A DNA stretch of 64,000 nt from Eledone cirrhosa (GCA_964016885.1 OZ024749.1:23374001-23438000); one strand, 5' to 3'; counted from the first letter of the stretch, positions 1 through 14,059 are shown. Program-made: numbers and translations. Notes: generated from the sequence alone by a model not told the origin.

Positions 1-82
1 AATGACAGAAACCGAAATATTGAGTAGTTGTAGTAGAACGTTAGATAGATGTTGACGGAAAGCAAGGAATGTGATGCGGTGC

Positions 83-125
<43 letters not shown>

Positions 126-209
126 AAGTTATATTTAAAATTGTTGGGTTACAACTAGTAAATATTTATAACTGATATAAAAGCACTCGACAAATACTTG
201 GAGTATATT

Positions 210-700
<491 letters not shown>

Positions 701-898
701 TATACACCTCTCTCTCTCTCTTTCTATACATATATAGGGGTGTATATGGTCTATGTGAAGGATTATACATATATGCATGCATATATATTACATATACATC
801 ACTCTATATATATATATAATAAAACAATAAACTAACTCTATCTACTCCTGACTGTTTTTATCAATCAAACACAGATATACAGTAAATATCTATCTATG

Positions 899-988
<90 letters not shown>

Positions 989-993
<5 letters not shown>

Positions 994-1223
994 GTGGTTA
1001 CACAACAGTTAGTTCAGCATACCGAGAACAATTATTTCACCTTAGCGGATCCCCAGCTCGTAATGGACCTGTATAACCATGTCCATTACGAGCTGAGGAT
1101 CCGCTAAGGTGAAACAATTGTTCTCTGTATGGTGATCTAACTGTTGTGTAACCACTTCTACCTAACTCGTCCCATGGACTGAGTGCTCTACCAGTACAGA
1201 TATTACCTCCCAGTGTTCTACCA

Positions 1224-1226
<3 letters not shown>
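989..1226 (+). mobile_element. Short Penelope-pLTR-like insert with inverted 5' arm (989-1068 / 1081-1160)
   Basis: 80-bp inverted arms, (TA)n on both sides, hammerhead motif; second copy at 29330-29533. Confidence 0.75.
1089..1126 (+). ncRNA. Type I hammerhead ribozyme motif
   Basis: gag-CTGAGGA-tcc gctaa ggt-GAAA-caattg-TT-ctc; palindromic stem III aacaattgtt; the left-arm copy has the mutated core CTGGGGA. Confidence 0.65.
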
Positions 1227-1307
<81 letters not shown>

Positions 1308-1775
1308 TAAAGTATAGAAGTTGTTGTGAGCGTGAAGCCAACAGTATTTCATAATATATAAAGGTCTATAACGTCGAAATGGAAAAATAGTTAACGTAAG
1401 ATGTGGGAAAATAATTCAAACTCAATTTTTAAAAAATCAAGACAGATTTATCCATAGAATTTTGTGAAATCTAGGGAAAAATCAATAGAGCCTTAACTCA
1501 GAATAAAATAAAGTTTAAATACTCACCCTTCAATTTGGAAAAACTACAAATACTCTGTATAGTCTTAAAAAGACTATTTCGCGAAACTTTCAGCGGTTGG
1601 AGTCGTTCATCAGCAGAGCTCAAACACGATAACCCTAATGGTACTGTAGAATATGCCAAAAAGGGAATTTAAAGACAGGCTAGTTCACCTCGTACGTAAT
1701 TATGAAAAATAAACGCCCATGGAAATACATGTCTGGTGACGTCAGAATGAGAGCAATTTCTGTTTACATGAAACA

Positions 1776-1839
<64 letters not shown>

Positions 1840-2161
1840 ATATATAAATATGTATATATGGGAGGTCTGGTGTTTGTGAATGTGTGTGTACGTGTCACTA
1901 TGTGTGTATTTGTATATATATATACACATATATAAATATATATATATATTTCGTTTCTGAATTTGTTTAGCAAGATTCTTTATCTGAAATCGTGTGTTGA
2001 AACCGATATTGTTATACTTTCGGAGGGTCATGTTGCCAATAAGGAACACACGCACCAGTTGTTTCACTTCAATTTATTATAATAAATTTATAATAAATTT
2101 ATAAATTTATAAATTTCTGGTTGGTTGGTTGGTTCCACAACCAGATAGTTGTTTATATATT

Positions 2162-2204
2162 GTCATAGTTCTTTCGTCACACACTCTGTGACCTCTTCAG
2201 TGAC
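2162..2204 (-). ncRNA. Type I hammerhead ribozyme in Penelope pLTR
   Basis: gtca-CTGAAGA-g gtcaca gagtg tgtgac-GAAA-gaac-TA-tgac. Confidence 0.75.
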
Positions 2205-2401
2205 TGGGGATTCCTTTCTTTGTTTTTGTGCCTCTCCTTTGTTCTGTCCTACCCCATTTTGTTTCTGTGTGTGTGTTGTGTGCTCAGTCTGCGCATGCGC
2301 CACATCCGCGTGTCTGTGTGTGTTTATGTTCACTTATTTATTTGTTTATTTACATGTTACTGGTTGGTTGTTTGTTCTATGTGTGTGTTTTCATTTTGTC
2401 C

Positions 2402-4349
2402 TTAATTGTAAGTTGTGATGTTGCTGTTCCACTCATATTTCCTATTTAATTTTGGTTGTAATTCTTTTATGTTTATTGCCTCTGTAATTTGTCTAAACAT
2501 TGCGTCTTTTCTGTGTGTAGATTCTATGTTCTCTAATTTACCCCTGTGTTCTATTTTAGAATGTTGGTAGAGTACAGATGATTCTTTATTATCTTGAAGG
2601 TCTCGCGAGTGTTCATTTATCCGTTCCCCTACACTACGAGCTGTCTCACCTATGTACACTATATTTTTGTCTCTACATTGTCCTTCTGTACATCTTATGC
2701 TATACACTACATTTCTAGTTTTACAGTTAATATGGGGGCTTATTTTACCTGGTTATACATTTCTTATCTATACATGAGGGCCTTTGAAAAGGGTATGTCT
2801 TGCTAATAAGTGTTTTTACGGAGGTACCTGGTCTTTCTACTATCTTAATATTGAGTTTATGTTTATCTAGGGCCCTTCTAAATTTGTAAGCTGATTCACC
2901 TCTAGGGGTTGTATCGATGAACATTACACTCTGGTATTTATTGCTATCATACCATGAGTTTATTCTATTAGCCTTGTTCCTAGTTCTTTCTATTCTATTC
3001 CAAAATTTGCTCCTATACAAGGGGCAGGTCCCATTTATGTCATTATTTACCATTTTTTCCCATTTGGTTCTGGCTCCTCTATACACTCTGATTTTATCTC
3101 TCTGATTGTAACTAGAGAACTGCATACGGTGGATGAAGTGTTGTATGTGCCTCTCTAGTTCTTCGGGGTTGCACATGCGGGACACGTTTCTCATCACCCG
3201 TACCAAATCCGCAATCAGTATTTTGATTTTGGTATGGTCCGAAACGGCCGAGTTTCGGTGGATCAGATGTTTGGAAGTCATGGGTTTGGCATAATGGGAA
3301 TGGAGGATTTGTTTTTTGTTATTAATGGTATCTAACCAGAGCTCTGTGTCTAGTACAGGTAATCGATGGTTGGGGTGTTTACTTGGGTAGTCTATAGTAA
3401 CTCTAATGCTCTGGTGGATGGAGTTAGCTATTTTCTGGATGCTTTCCATTGTGTTTTTCTCTAGTTCCTGACTGTTCTCTAGTGGGGGTGTCTTAACTAC
3501 GATGTTTATATCATCAACGTAGCGGGAGTACATTATCAGGGTTAAGGGGTCTTCTAATTGTTCTTTAAGTTTAAGTTTAAGTCTACTGTCCCACCATACC
3601 ATGAATAAGTTAGCTATGTCGCCTGCAATGCTAACACCAATGGCTGCTCCTTCCTCTTGGGCATATGTTTTTCCATTAAATTTGAACATATGTTCCTTAA
3701 GGATTAGTTTTATGCTGGCCCCTACCGCATGTGCCATCATTTTCTACAGTTCATCGTGGTTTTCGGGTGTCCGTATGGCTCTGGTCCACCCGTTCCATCT
3801 ATCTGTGTGAGTTTTCTTGGCCATTAAGGTAATGGTAGGTGGTCTGCCTCTTGCTGGTCTTGTAGGGCACAGTTTGCTATGGTCATATGTGTCTAGGTAA
3901 TTATTACTATAGGTAAGTTTAAGTAGGAGTCCCAGCTCACTGGTATCAATCCCACGGAACTCAACATTGCTCTCACTGATCATTTCTACGCATTTCACCA
4001 CAGCAAAATCCCCGTCAATAGATGGATACAGGGACACAACATCCATACTACCTATTATGCAGTTTGTTAGGTCCCTAGATCGGTTATTCTCGCCGATTCT
4101 GCTGAGGAGGTCCTCCATGCTGTCACATACATCTGGGGACATTCCAATGATGGGGCGTATGATCAGGGAGAGGAAGTAGGACAGTCTGTAGTTACTTGTA
4201 ATGTTAGCTCCACAGACTGGCCGTGTTGGTGGTCCCGCGACAGGGTCACTGCCCGTTTTATGGTCTTTTCGAAGCCCATACAACGCCGGCACGTCATTAT
4301 TCCAGGCCTGGAAGTTGTTGGGCTGCATTATATTCGTCCACATCACCAT
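2402..4349 (-). pseudogene. Disrupted Penelope RT + GIY-YIG endonuclease ORF
   Basis: ORFs 3744-4349 and 2745-3740 are in the same frame split by a stop; GIY-YIG 2402-2707 is in another frame. Confidence 0.88.
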
Positions 4350-4377
4350 ATGGGCATTGATGGCTTTTTCTCTATCC

Positions 4378-4421
<44 letters not shown>

Positions 4422-4855
4422 TGTATATACATATATTTATATATATATATTCATGTATGTATGTCTATATGTATATGTATATGTATATATGTGTGCCTCG
4501 CGAAATTGACCGAAACCCCATTTATTGATGGGCAGATGAAAATAATATGAAATTCAATACATCAACATTAGAGTTTCTTCATTACCGTTGGGAGGATGGA
4601 CAGTACAGATTATATGATTCCCGAAGACAACAATCATTCGGAGCGCTAATGACATGGGGGACTTGGGAATAATCATCCCAAATAAGGTATCTTTCATCAA
4701 ACACATCACCAATCCGACCTCAAATGCAAATATACAGTATATATCTTTCGAATATTCTTAACAATAGAATCAGTGATAATATTGGTTTATGCAAATCCTT
4801 AGTTCTGATCTGGTTAGGATGATGCTCATAGCTTTAGTATGAATATATATATATA

Positions 4856-4940
4856 AAACAAAGAAAGTGTGGTAAGAAACCAGGCCTATGAGGCTGTTGA
4901 AACGGCCGGCGCTCAGCCGTCGGGGTCCTGATATATTTCC
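4856..4940. repeat. Short dispersed repeat between (TA)n tracts; related copy about 38421-38541
   Basis: Shared aacaaag..tgtggtaag.aaccag and gc.gttgaaacggc..gctc.gccgtcggggtc..atttcc. Confidence 0.55.
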
Positions 4941-6264
4941 TATATATATATATACATACATATACATATGAAGTATTTCCGTAGGAAGGGTAAAGGAAAG
5001 GAGAGTGCTCGATGTATGCTACAGAGTTTTTTAATAATGTAATAAACAACACGAAGACAGACGAGGTCAACGAATAATTGTCTTATGTTGTTTATTACAT
5101 AATTAAATATTCACACATATATATATATACACACACACACATATATATATATATATGTATATGTAGGAGGTCAGTTGTATTGTAGTACAATAAAGCAATG
5201 CAGATATCGAATAAGAAGCACTCTACAGTTTGTAGGACTGGAGTATACATAATATATAAGATCAAAAGATGGTTAAAAGAGTTCCATGCATTTTATTATG
5301 GGCATTTCAAAAACAAATATCATCATGCAATAACATTTGTGTTTTCACCAGATAAAATAGGAAGACATGATATGAAGGTTAAAAAACACTTGTGAATATT
5401 GCAGTTTCAAATCAACATATGAAAAGTAGTTTTAGATTGGTGTGTGATATTGGGAAAAAAGATTTTTTGAGGGGGGGGGGGGGTGACGAAGAGGAGTAGA
5501 TGAGAGTAAAGAGTGGAGGGGGAGGAGTATAATGAGGAGGGATGAGATAGGGGGAGAGATGGGTGATAGAGAGAGAGAGATAGCTTTTATAACTGAGAAA
5601 AATATATTGTTTTACATAGAGAGGTTGAAAAACCGTTGGAAGATAATATATAAATTAAAATAATTTGAAAATTAACGAAGAGAAAAATAATGTTAAGTTA
5701 AGGTTTGTATATTGAAGGGTTTAATAATATGTGCGATGAAAAGAAATTGTTAATATGTATTAAGAATAATATTTAAGGGTTTAATAATATGTGCGATGGA
5801 AAGAAAATGTTGATATGTATTATTAAAAAAAGCAATAGTAATGTAAGTAAGGATATATTGTGAAAGAAGTAGAAGATAGGATGAATAAGTTAGATGAAAG
5901 GGAGAAAAAATAATGAATTGAGGATGAATAATCTAACGTCAAAAAAATGTTTATGTTTACGAAGGATTTTTTTCAAGGTGATATGAAGTAAGAATATAAT
6001 TGTACTGTGTAATAAATGTTTCTATGTTAGGCACAATGAGAAAAGGTACAGATTGGGGGTTAGAAATTAAAAGAAAAAGGAAAAGAAAAGGAAAAGGAAG
6101 AAAGGAAAGTGATAAATAGGAGTGATATAGAATGAGTAACTAGTATTATATAATGTATAATAATTAACTTTGATATAAGGTAGAAAGATGGGTATATTTT
6201 TAAAGAGGTATATATAAATAAGTGCCTTTGAGAAAAGGATTTTAAATTGTTAAAGTATTAGATA

Positions 6265-6741
6265 TTAGCTGTATACTTTATAGAATGTTCTGTGGAATTT
6301 ATGCAAGCAGAGAGAAAATAAGTCAGTGCGTCTATTTATTATAGAATCTAAATAAGATATAATGGTAAATTTTTCATTTAAACAGAGATTGCAAGTCTTG
6401 GATAGAGAACTGTTCAAGTATGTAGAAGCAGAAGAAACCTTTTTCCAAGAGATGTTATATTTAATATTTTTGTCTTTCAAGGAGCATATGAGTTCTGAGA
6501 GTGCCGTGTTGGTTCTTTTAAGTTGGTATTTAAAAGACGAATGATGATTATAATGACGAGCTTTAAAGCAGGTGGAAGTGGAGCCAAAATAGGTGAAGGA
6601 ATTGGTGTCAGTTATAACTTTACATTCGTAGATTAAGTTTTTTTCCAGACAATGGTTGTTGAGAGGACATTTATTTTTAACAGGGCAATTGCAATTGCGA
6701 TTAGAGACATTAGCAGAGTTATTAACGAGTGACCTAGTGTT
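6265..6741 (-). pseudogene. GIY-YIG endonuclease domain fragment of a Penelope-like element
   Basis: CNCPVKNKCPLNNHCLEKNLIYEC...YFGSTSTCFKARHYNHHSSF...CNLCLNEK...INRR. Confidence 0.85.
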
Positions 6742-7272
6742 ATCTAACTTATTCATCCTATCTTCTACTTCTTTCACAATATATCCTTACTTACATTACT
6801 ATTGCTTTTTTTAATAATACATATCAACATTTTCTTTCCATCGCACATATTATTAAACCCTTAAATATTATTCTTAATACATATTAACAATTTCTTTTCA
6901 TCGCACATATTATTAAACCCTTCAATATACAAACCTTAACTTAACATTATTTTTCTCTTCGTTAATTTTCAAATTATTTTAATTTATATATTATCTTCCA
7001 ACGGTTTTTCAACCTCTCTATGTTAAACAATATATTTTTCTCAGTTATAAAAGCTATCTCTCTCTATCACCCATCTCTCCCCCTATCTCATACTTCCTCA
7101 TTATACTCCTCCCCCTCCACTCTTTACTCTCATCTCCTCCTCTTTGTCATCCCCCCCCCCTCAAAAACTCTTTTTTCCCAATATCACACATCAATCTAAA
7201 ACTACTATTCATATGTTGATTTAAAACTGCACTATTCACAAGTGTTTTTTAACCTTCATATCATGTCTTCCT

Positions 7273-7341
7273 ATTTTATCTGACGAAAACACAAATGTTA
7301 TTGCATGATGATATTTGTTTTTGAAATGCCCATAATAAAAT
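7273..7341 (+). ncRNA. Type I hammerhead ribozyme (mirror copy 5290-5358 on - strand has mutated core CTGGTGA)
   Basis: attttat-CTGACGA-long stem II (aaacacaaatgttatt/gatgatatttgttttt)-GAAA-tgccca-TA-ataaaat. Confidence 0.75.
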
Positions 7342-7372
7342 ACATGGTACTCTTTTAACCATCTTTTGATCG

Positions 7373-7507
<135 letters not shown>

Positions 7508-7512
7508 TTATA

Positions 7513-7558
<46 letters not shown>

Positions 7559-7629
7559 CACTTAGTAAAATCGAATCTCTGGTAGTTTGTAAGCAAATTC
7601 GGCCTACTATATGAAATGAGTCAACAAAG

Positions 7630-7686
<57 letters not shown>

Positions 7687-7839
7687 AGTAAATATACTTA
7701 TACATTGTGTATAGAAGATTATATTAATAAAAGGAATTCCAAATCTGTCTGATTTACTCGTTTTATTTACAATCCTTTAAAATTATAATGGTATTAGAAT
7801 GAAATAGTATGGTAGAATATTAAATGTTAAGTGTTAATT

Positions 7840-7876
7840 GAACAAGTACTTTCATGCTTTCGCAGTCTTCAGGTTC
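7840..7876 (-). ncRNA. Minimal type I hammerhead ribozyme
   Basis: gaac-CTGAAGA-c tgc gaaa gca t-GAAA-gtac-TT-gttc; palindromic stem III aagtactt. Confidence 0.75.
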
Positions 7877-8027
7877 GTATTCTGTGGTGACAGTCAAGAC
7901 GGTAAAAACGCTGCGTTTTAACCAACTTATGTATTTGTTTATTCGTCCATTCAACATTGTCATGACTTTCAAACTTCGAATTTTGTAAACCCTATAAAAT
8001 GCTTCAAGTAAACTACAAATTCCTCAA

Positions 8028-8112
<85 letters not shown>

Positions 8113-9819
8113 CGCGTGGGTGTGTGTGTGTATATATATGCCCTGAAGCTATCATATTATTTTCGCCCTTGCATCCACCAACACCAGAGCCCTGGGAGCA
8201 ATTGTTGATAAGCTAAGCTGGACAACATATATACTACAAACATGACAAGGCCCGCTGGAAGATGTATTTGTTTAACCTTCCTAACAAAAGAATCAGTAGT
8301 AATGTTGACTACGTGCAAAATCTTAGTTCTGATATGCTTAGAATAATGCAGAAAGCTTTGGTTTCGAAACACACCTGGTATAATAGTGGACAATGAATAA
8401 AACGTTCACTAGTAAAGTAATTTCGGTCAAATGCCTTATGTTGTGGGAAGGTCAGGGAGCTCTGCGTCTCTAATCTGTTGAACGACGGATGAGATAAACT
8501 GTTATATATATATATGAAAGATGCTATTGAGTCATGTGCCAAACCTCACCATGTTAATGGACAAACTGGTAGATATTGCCAGCTTCAAAATCGGAGGCAA
8601 AGACTCTCTATTGAACACGTTTGTTATTTAGAGATCGTCACTTGTTTAACAGCTGACCCGAAGTGAACGAAACATAAAAATGTACCTCTATTAAAAGAAG
8701 AAAACAAGTTTTATGAACATTGAAATGTCTCAAAGATCAATCACAAGGAAGATACACGGCATGACAAGCATTGAGTATTGGGTCAATTAAAAAAGCTCAA
8801 ACTCTATTTTCTCTAATGCTGCCATGAGCGCTACATTATCTGTATGATGTGGAAAATATTCCTACAGCATTGACCAAATGATGTTGGCATAATGTTTTAA
8901 AGCCAACTTAGGCTTGGCATTCATGATAACTGCCCACAACAAAAATCAAACTCTCATCTCATAAAAACAATATGGCACAATTACTTCACCTTAACTGGTC
9001 CTAAAATTTTGAACATTACAACAAAACACATTATAACAGGAAAAGAACACGTAAAAATCAAATAAGACTTTGGACAAATTTTTCCAAGAAATCAATGATA
9101 AAATCTTCTACAACAGGATATGTCTCCGAAAGCAATAACTCTTTAGTGTAGAAATGTTCCAATGGTTCAAAAAATATATCAGATGGCGTAGTTTTTATAC
9201 AAAAATAATTTATTTTGGTTGGTTTGAACAAGTGTAAAAAATGTATGCAGCAAGGTTTTCTCTGTGAAAATGACAGTGAAATATATGGTTTGTAGTAGGC
9301 TAAGAATGTAGCGAGACAGGCACTTATTTATCGTTATTTACTGTCACTATTAAAGTAAGTAAACTTTCCAAAGCTGGTTTTAGGAGGGATAATAATGTTT
9401 CATCCATAACGGATTCGATATTTGGTAAAACAAAGTTGACAGATAAATGGTAAATCTCTGAAAGGCCGTCTAATGAACCAATCTCAATGTTGGAAAAAAA
9501 ATCAAAATAGTGGGAAGGCGAGTTACGAGCTGTTGCACTGTCAACGTCAAAAACGCAACTACTTTCTAGTTTCGAAAAAGGCGCGTTCTACTGCTGGGCG
9601 GAAGTGGTTATTTGTATTTATACATCACCAACCCTACAGAGCTGGTGACTGCTCAAGCACGACTAAATTACACCACAGCGATAAAATAGAACTATCATGT
9701 CTCACCAGAACTCTCTTCCCGAATGGTCCAGGGAGTCCAAAGCATGTTTTGAAAGACATCGCTATGTAGTGCTATTAACGCACTCATACCAATTAAGGTT
9801 TTATATATATATATATATA

Positions 9820-10410
9820 TTGTTATAATTGGGGAGGGTCATATTGTTGTAATAATATTGCCAGAAATAATAACAGAACACACTCACTGTTTGGTTGGTT
9901 TTCGCTTCTGTATCTTTTGTACCTTCATAGTAAACTTATTTGGCAATCACTGTTTATCATTGATTGACCAACAGTTAAAAATACAGATATAAAATATATT
10001 GTTAGTCTATCAAACCTCAATGGCTAAACGGACTCCCATGGGAAGATGGAATGGATGGATCAAAGCCATACAGACACCCAAAATCAAGGATCAGGTGAGA
10101 AAAATGGTCGCACATGCAATACGGGATAGTATTAAAACTACTCTAAAGGCCCACATGTTTAAATTTAACGAAATGATCTACACCCAGAATGAGGGAGCAG
10201 CCATTGGCGGCAGCATAGCTGGTAATGTTGCCAATCTATTTATGGTATGGTGGGAAAGGAGACTAAAAGAACATATTGAAGTGTAGGCGATATTAATATA
10301 GTAATAAGAACACCTCCACAAGAGAGAACATGATTTAGAAGATAGCACAATGGAAAGCATCCAGCAGATAGCTAACTCCATACACCAGAGTATAACCGTA
10401 ACTGTTAATA
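9820..10410 (+). mobile_element. Penelope-like RT fragment preceded by an inverted pLTR-like end
   Basis: ORF 9999-10286 (RWNGW..EGAAIGGSIAGNVANLFMVWW) is homologous to 2745-4349; 9820-9900 resembles the pLTR at 2010-2135. Confidence 0.75.
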
Positions 10411-10707
10411 ACATTAAAGCTAAAGTTAATATAATGGTTGGTGTGCACATTCGTGGAGATGATATAATATAGCTTGTAAAGGAGGATGAAGACACTTAAA
10501 GAGGTAAAAAGAAGTATTCTAATTCTTCCTTCGTACTTTATTACAGGTTTCTTATCCATTATCTCGCATCTCCTTAATTGGTGGAGCGTAATTGTGAAAT
10601 CCGCTGAGTTTAGCATATATATGTAGATATATGTGTACATGTATGATTTCTGTATGTATGTATAGATATTATACACAAAATCACACATACACAAACAGAA
10701 ATACACA

Positions 10708-10783
<76 letters not shown>

Positions 10784-10857
10784 GTAGGCACACAGATATA
10801 TATATATACATGTGTGTGTGCGTGCGCGCTTGGGCTTGTGAGTGTGTTTGTATATAA

Positions 10858-10932
<75 letters not shown>

Positions 10933-11251
10933 TATGTACAATAAAGAACATTGTTATAAAAAACTACATTATCCATCAGTATTAGATGCCAGTAAAAGCA
11001 GTTATCACCCTGCAGCCATATTGTCGCTATGCCCAAAATTTGCGCTGTTTTTTATGCCAGGGATATGTATCGTACCATAATCATTGAAACGGTTTTGACT
11101 TTCATATATTATCATGTCGTACTTTATCAAATTTTGCTACACATTTTCTTTCCTTTTATTCGTACTGAATAGATCCATATTCCTTAGCATTCATGTTTTT
11201 TTTTCATTCCGTTCTTGTTCTTCGCTTCTATTTTTGTATATATTTGTGCAT

Positions 11252-11298
<47 letters not shown>

Positions 11299-11563
11299 TC
11301 TATTTATTTACTTATTTATTCATTTATTTTTAGCTCCAAGCAGTTTTTTTCTTCTGTGTTGGTGTGGATATTTTTCACAAGAGTTTATTTTTTTTATATA
11401 TAAATTTTGTATATCCATGCATTCTTACAGACGTGCATGTACACAGATATAAAAACAAACACACACTAATCTCAATATATATATATCTACACACACATAC
11501 ACGAACACGCAGACACACGCACACACACACGTATATAAATATAAATATCTATTTATATATATA

Positions 11564-11710
<147 letters not shown>

Positions 11711-11753
11711 CTTTATAAGTAAACGAGAGATTGAAAAAAATGATAAATAACAG

Positions 11754-11868
11754 TAGGTGATAGATACAATAGATTGAGGCTAAAATGTGTATATCTACGC
11801 TAATACACAGACGTGCTATGCATATGCAAGTATATATATATATACATATATATATATACATATATAGA

Positions 11869-11945
<77 letters not shown>

Positions 11946-12063
11946 GTGCATCTATATATGTGTATATATATGTATCTATATATATACTTGCATATGCATA
12001 GCATGTCTGTGTATTAGCGTAGATATGCACATTTTAGCTTCAATCTATTGTATCTATCACCTA
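11754..12063. repeat. Imperfect palindrome centred on a (TA)n tract
   Basis: taggtgatagatacaatagattga... is mirrored as ...tcaatctattgtatctatcaccta with a few mismatches. Confidence 0.85.
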
Positions 12064-12153
12064 TTTATATAGACATATGTATAAATAAAAAAACAAAAGA
12101 CAAAAACACTAACGAAGTGTGCAGTACAAACGGTGGTGGTATTAGGTTCAGTG

Positions 12154-12246
<93 letters not shown>

Positions 12247-12990
12247 GTATGTGTATGTGTGTCTGTGTATTTGAGTGTGTGTGTGTATACATATATATTC
12301 TGTTCAAATGCCAGGCTATTATTCAAAAATCACCTTTCCCCATTTCAATGATACAGATGAAACCTGAAAAATGCGTCCAATTTGATAAAGCACTGAATCC
12401 ATTAATCTGTCGAAGCAATCGTGGTATTTCATGCAGGCTTTTCTGTTGTGTTCGTACATACATTGTAGCCAATATGCAATAAACCTGACCCCTAACCATT
12501 ACTACATTTTACATCAGTACTACTGACCAACACCATTAGTATCACCTTCATATATATTCTATGAGAAAACCATAATTCTTAGAATGATGTAATATCGGTA
12601 TTAACAGCCACAGTTATATAAATCATTAGTATTGAAATTAGAGAAGGCATTGGTTTGAATTTCGGTTGTGCGGTTGGGAAAAGAGTTTGATTTTCTTTGA
12701 CTTTTTATATTAAAATTTCAAATCACAACAATGTCAACGTCACTTATCATATTTTCAGCCTGACAAAACTCTTACCAATGTATATTCAATTAAATTGCAT
12801 GTATTGCAATGGCCGCACTTGAGATTGTAATTGGATGTGGTATGAAACAATTTATGCCGGAGTGTAATTTATTCGATTTAGTGCTTGTAAGAACTACCAT
12901 CTACCACAAGTTTGCTTTACAATTAATGTTCAGGATTCTCATTATGCCTAACAAAGTAATGCTAGAGGGTACTCTGAAGCATATCACAGG

Positions 12991-13290
12991 CTTCTTCTTC
13001 TTTTTCGCCCACTTATTCTTGAAAGGGTCGTTGGGGAAGAGAACTGAAGCTCTCCTACCTGCGTGTCCTATCCGTAGCAACTGTCTCCAACATATCTGAC
13101 TGCATCCCCAAGCGAGAGCAGCTGGGCCCGTGAATATTATCTATATATTTTGTTCGGGGTCTATCTCTAGGTCTCCTGCCGGTTGGCTTTGCCCGTAAAA
13201 TCTAACCAGTGATTCTTTCCTGATACATTCCAAACAGTTTTCGCAGCATTGATTTTCATTCCAGCTATGCAGTATTCGGCATCAAACTTA
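12991..13290 (-). mobile_element. Degenerate RTE-type LINE 3' fragment with (GAA)n tail
   Basis: Minus-strand translation contains RDRPRTKYIDNI, resembling the RTE C-terminal GRPRxxW motif; ends in gaagaagaag. Confidence 0.45.
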
Positions 13291-13420
13291 TAACCTTCTG
13301 CCGTGTTAAATAACAACATGTCGTCTGAAATTTCAGAGGACAGATTTTACACCTGCCAATCATAATACTACTATGAACCTAACTGTGCATGGCTATCCTA
13401 TTCATGAAAATAATTGTGTA

Positions 13421-13597
13421 TACTTTTTGGCACAAGGTCAGCAATTACCCAGTGCATTACTGGTACTTTATTTTATCGACCCCGTAAGGATTAAAGGCAA
13501 AGTTAACCTCGGCGGTATTTGAACTGAGAATGGCAAGGGTCATAACACTATACGTCAAAACATGGCGTCCGACCGTCTACCGATACTGCCAATCCAT
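13421..13597 (-). mobile_element. tRNA-derived SINE with Nin-like central domain
   Basis: Same sequence as 24536-24721; B-box-like gttcaaat; ctttaatccttacggggtcgataaaataaagtaccag. Confidence 0.8.
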
Positions 13598-13912
13598 CGA
13601 GAAAGAGATATGATTGTACGCATACTTGACGGAGTCCGACTCCCACGTTGAATGGTTTCGATTTAGCACCATTTAGGCTAACACAATTAGTCAGATATGC
13701 GTATCATGGAAGCAAGAAGATCAACAATCGAGCACAGCTACCATCTGCCGAAATATGATAAAATAATGATTGCAGGTTCCACCATGACGCTATAACTATT
13801 GACTCTATATTACCCATTGGACTCACTGTCTTTTAAACGTAATAATAATACAGAAAGCATGAAATATCATGTGTTTTTGCAGGTGAATAAATAAATAAGT
13901 TATTTGCTCCTC

Positions 13913-13931
13913 GTATGGTGTTATTCAAGAG

Positions 13932-13991
<60 letters not shown>

Positions 13992-14005
13992 CTCTTGAAT
14001 AACAC

Positions 14006-14010
<5 letters not shown>
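13913..14010. repeat. 22-bp perfect inverted repeat flanking a (TA)n tract
   Basis: gtatggtgttattcaagagctg (TA)n cagctcttgaataacaccatac. Confidence 0.9.
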
Positions 14011-14043
<33 letters not shown>

Positions 14044-14059
14044 CACATTATATATACAT

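Larger units (their letters stand above)
1950..4380 (-). mobile_element. Penelope-like retroelement (Neptune-like), 5'-truncated, with 3' pLTR, inserted in (TA)n
   Basis: RT motifs DVVSLYPSI, GAAIG, SRYVDD; C-terminal GIY-YIG (IVYIGETARSVGERINEH) after a Cys-containing linker; hammerhead in the 3' region. Confidence 0.9.
5162..7371 (-). mobile_element. Hydra-clade-like Penelope element 3' remnant with about 635-bp inverted arms (5260-5895 / 6742-7371)
   Basis: GIY-YIG remnant preceded by CxCx5C (CNCPVKNKC); inverted arm ends at (TA)n; hammerhead in arms. Confidence 0.8.

Noticed and set aside
1570-1620. Minus-strand CTGATGA...GAAA hammerhead-like motif
   Set aside because: Stem I cannot be formed; at best a decayed copy
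5054-5086. aaga-CAGACGA..GAA-taattg-TC-tt hammerhead-like motif
   Set aside because: Core mutated and stem II absent; not supportable
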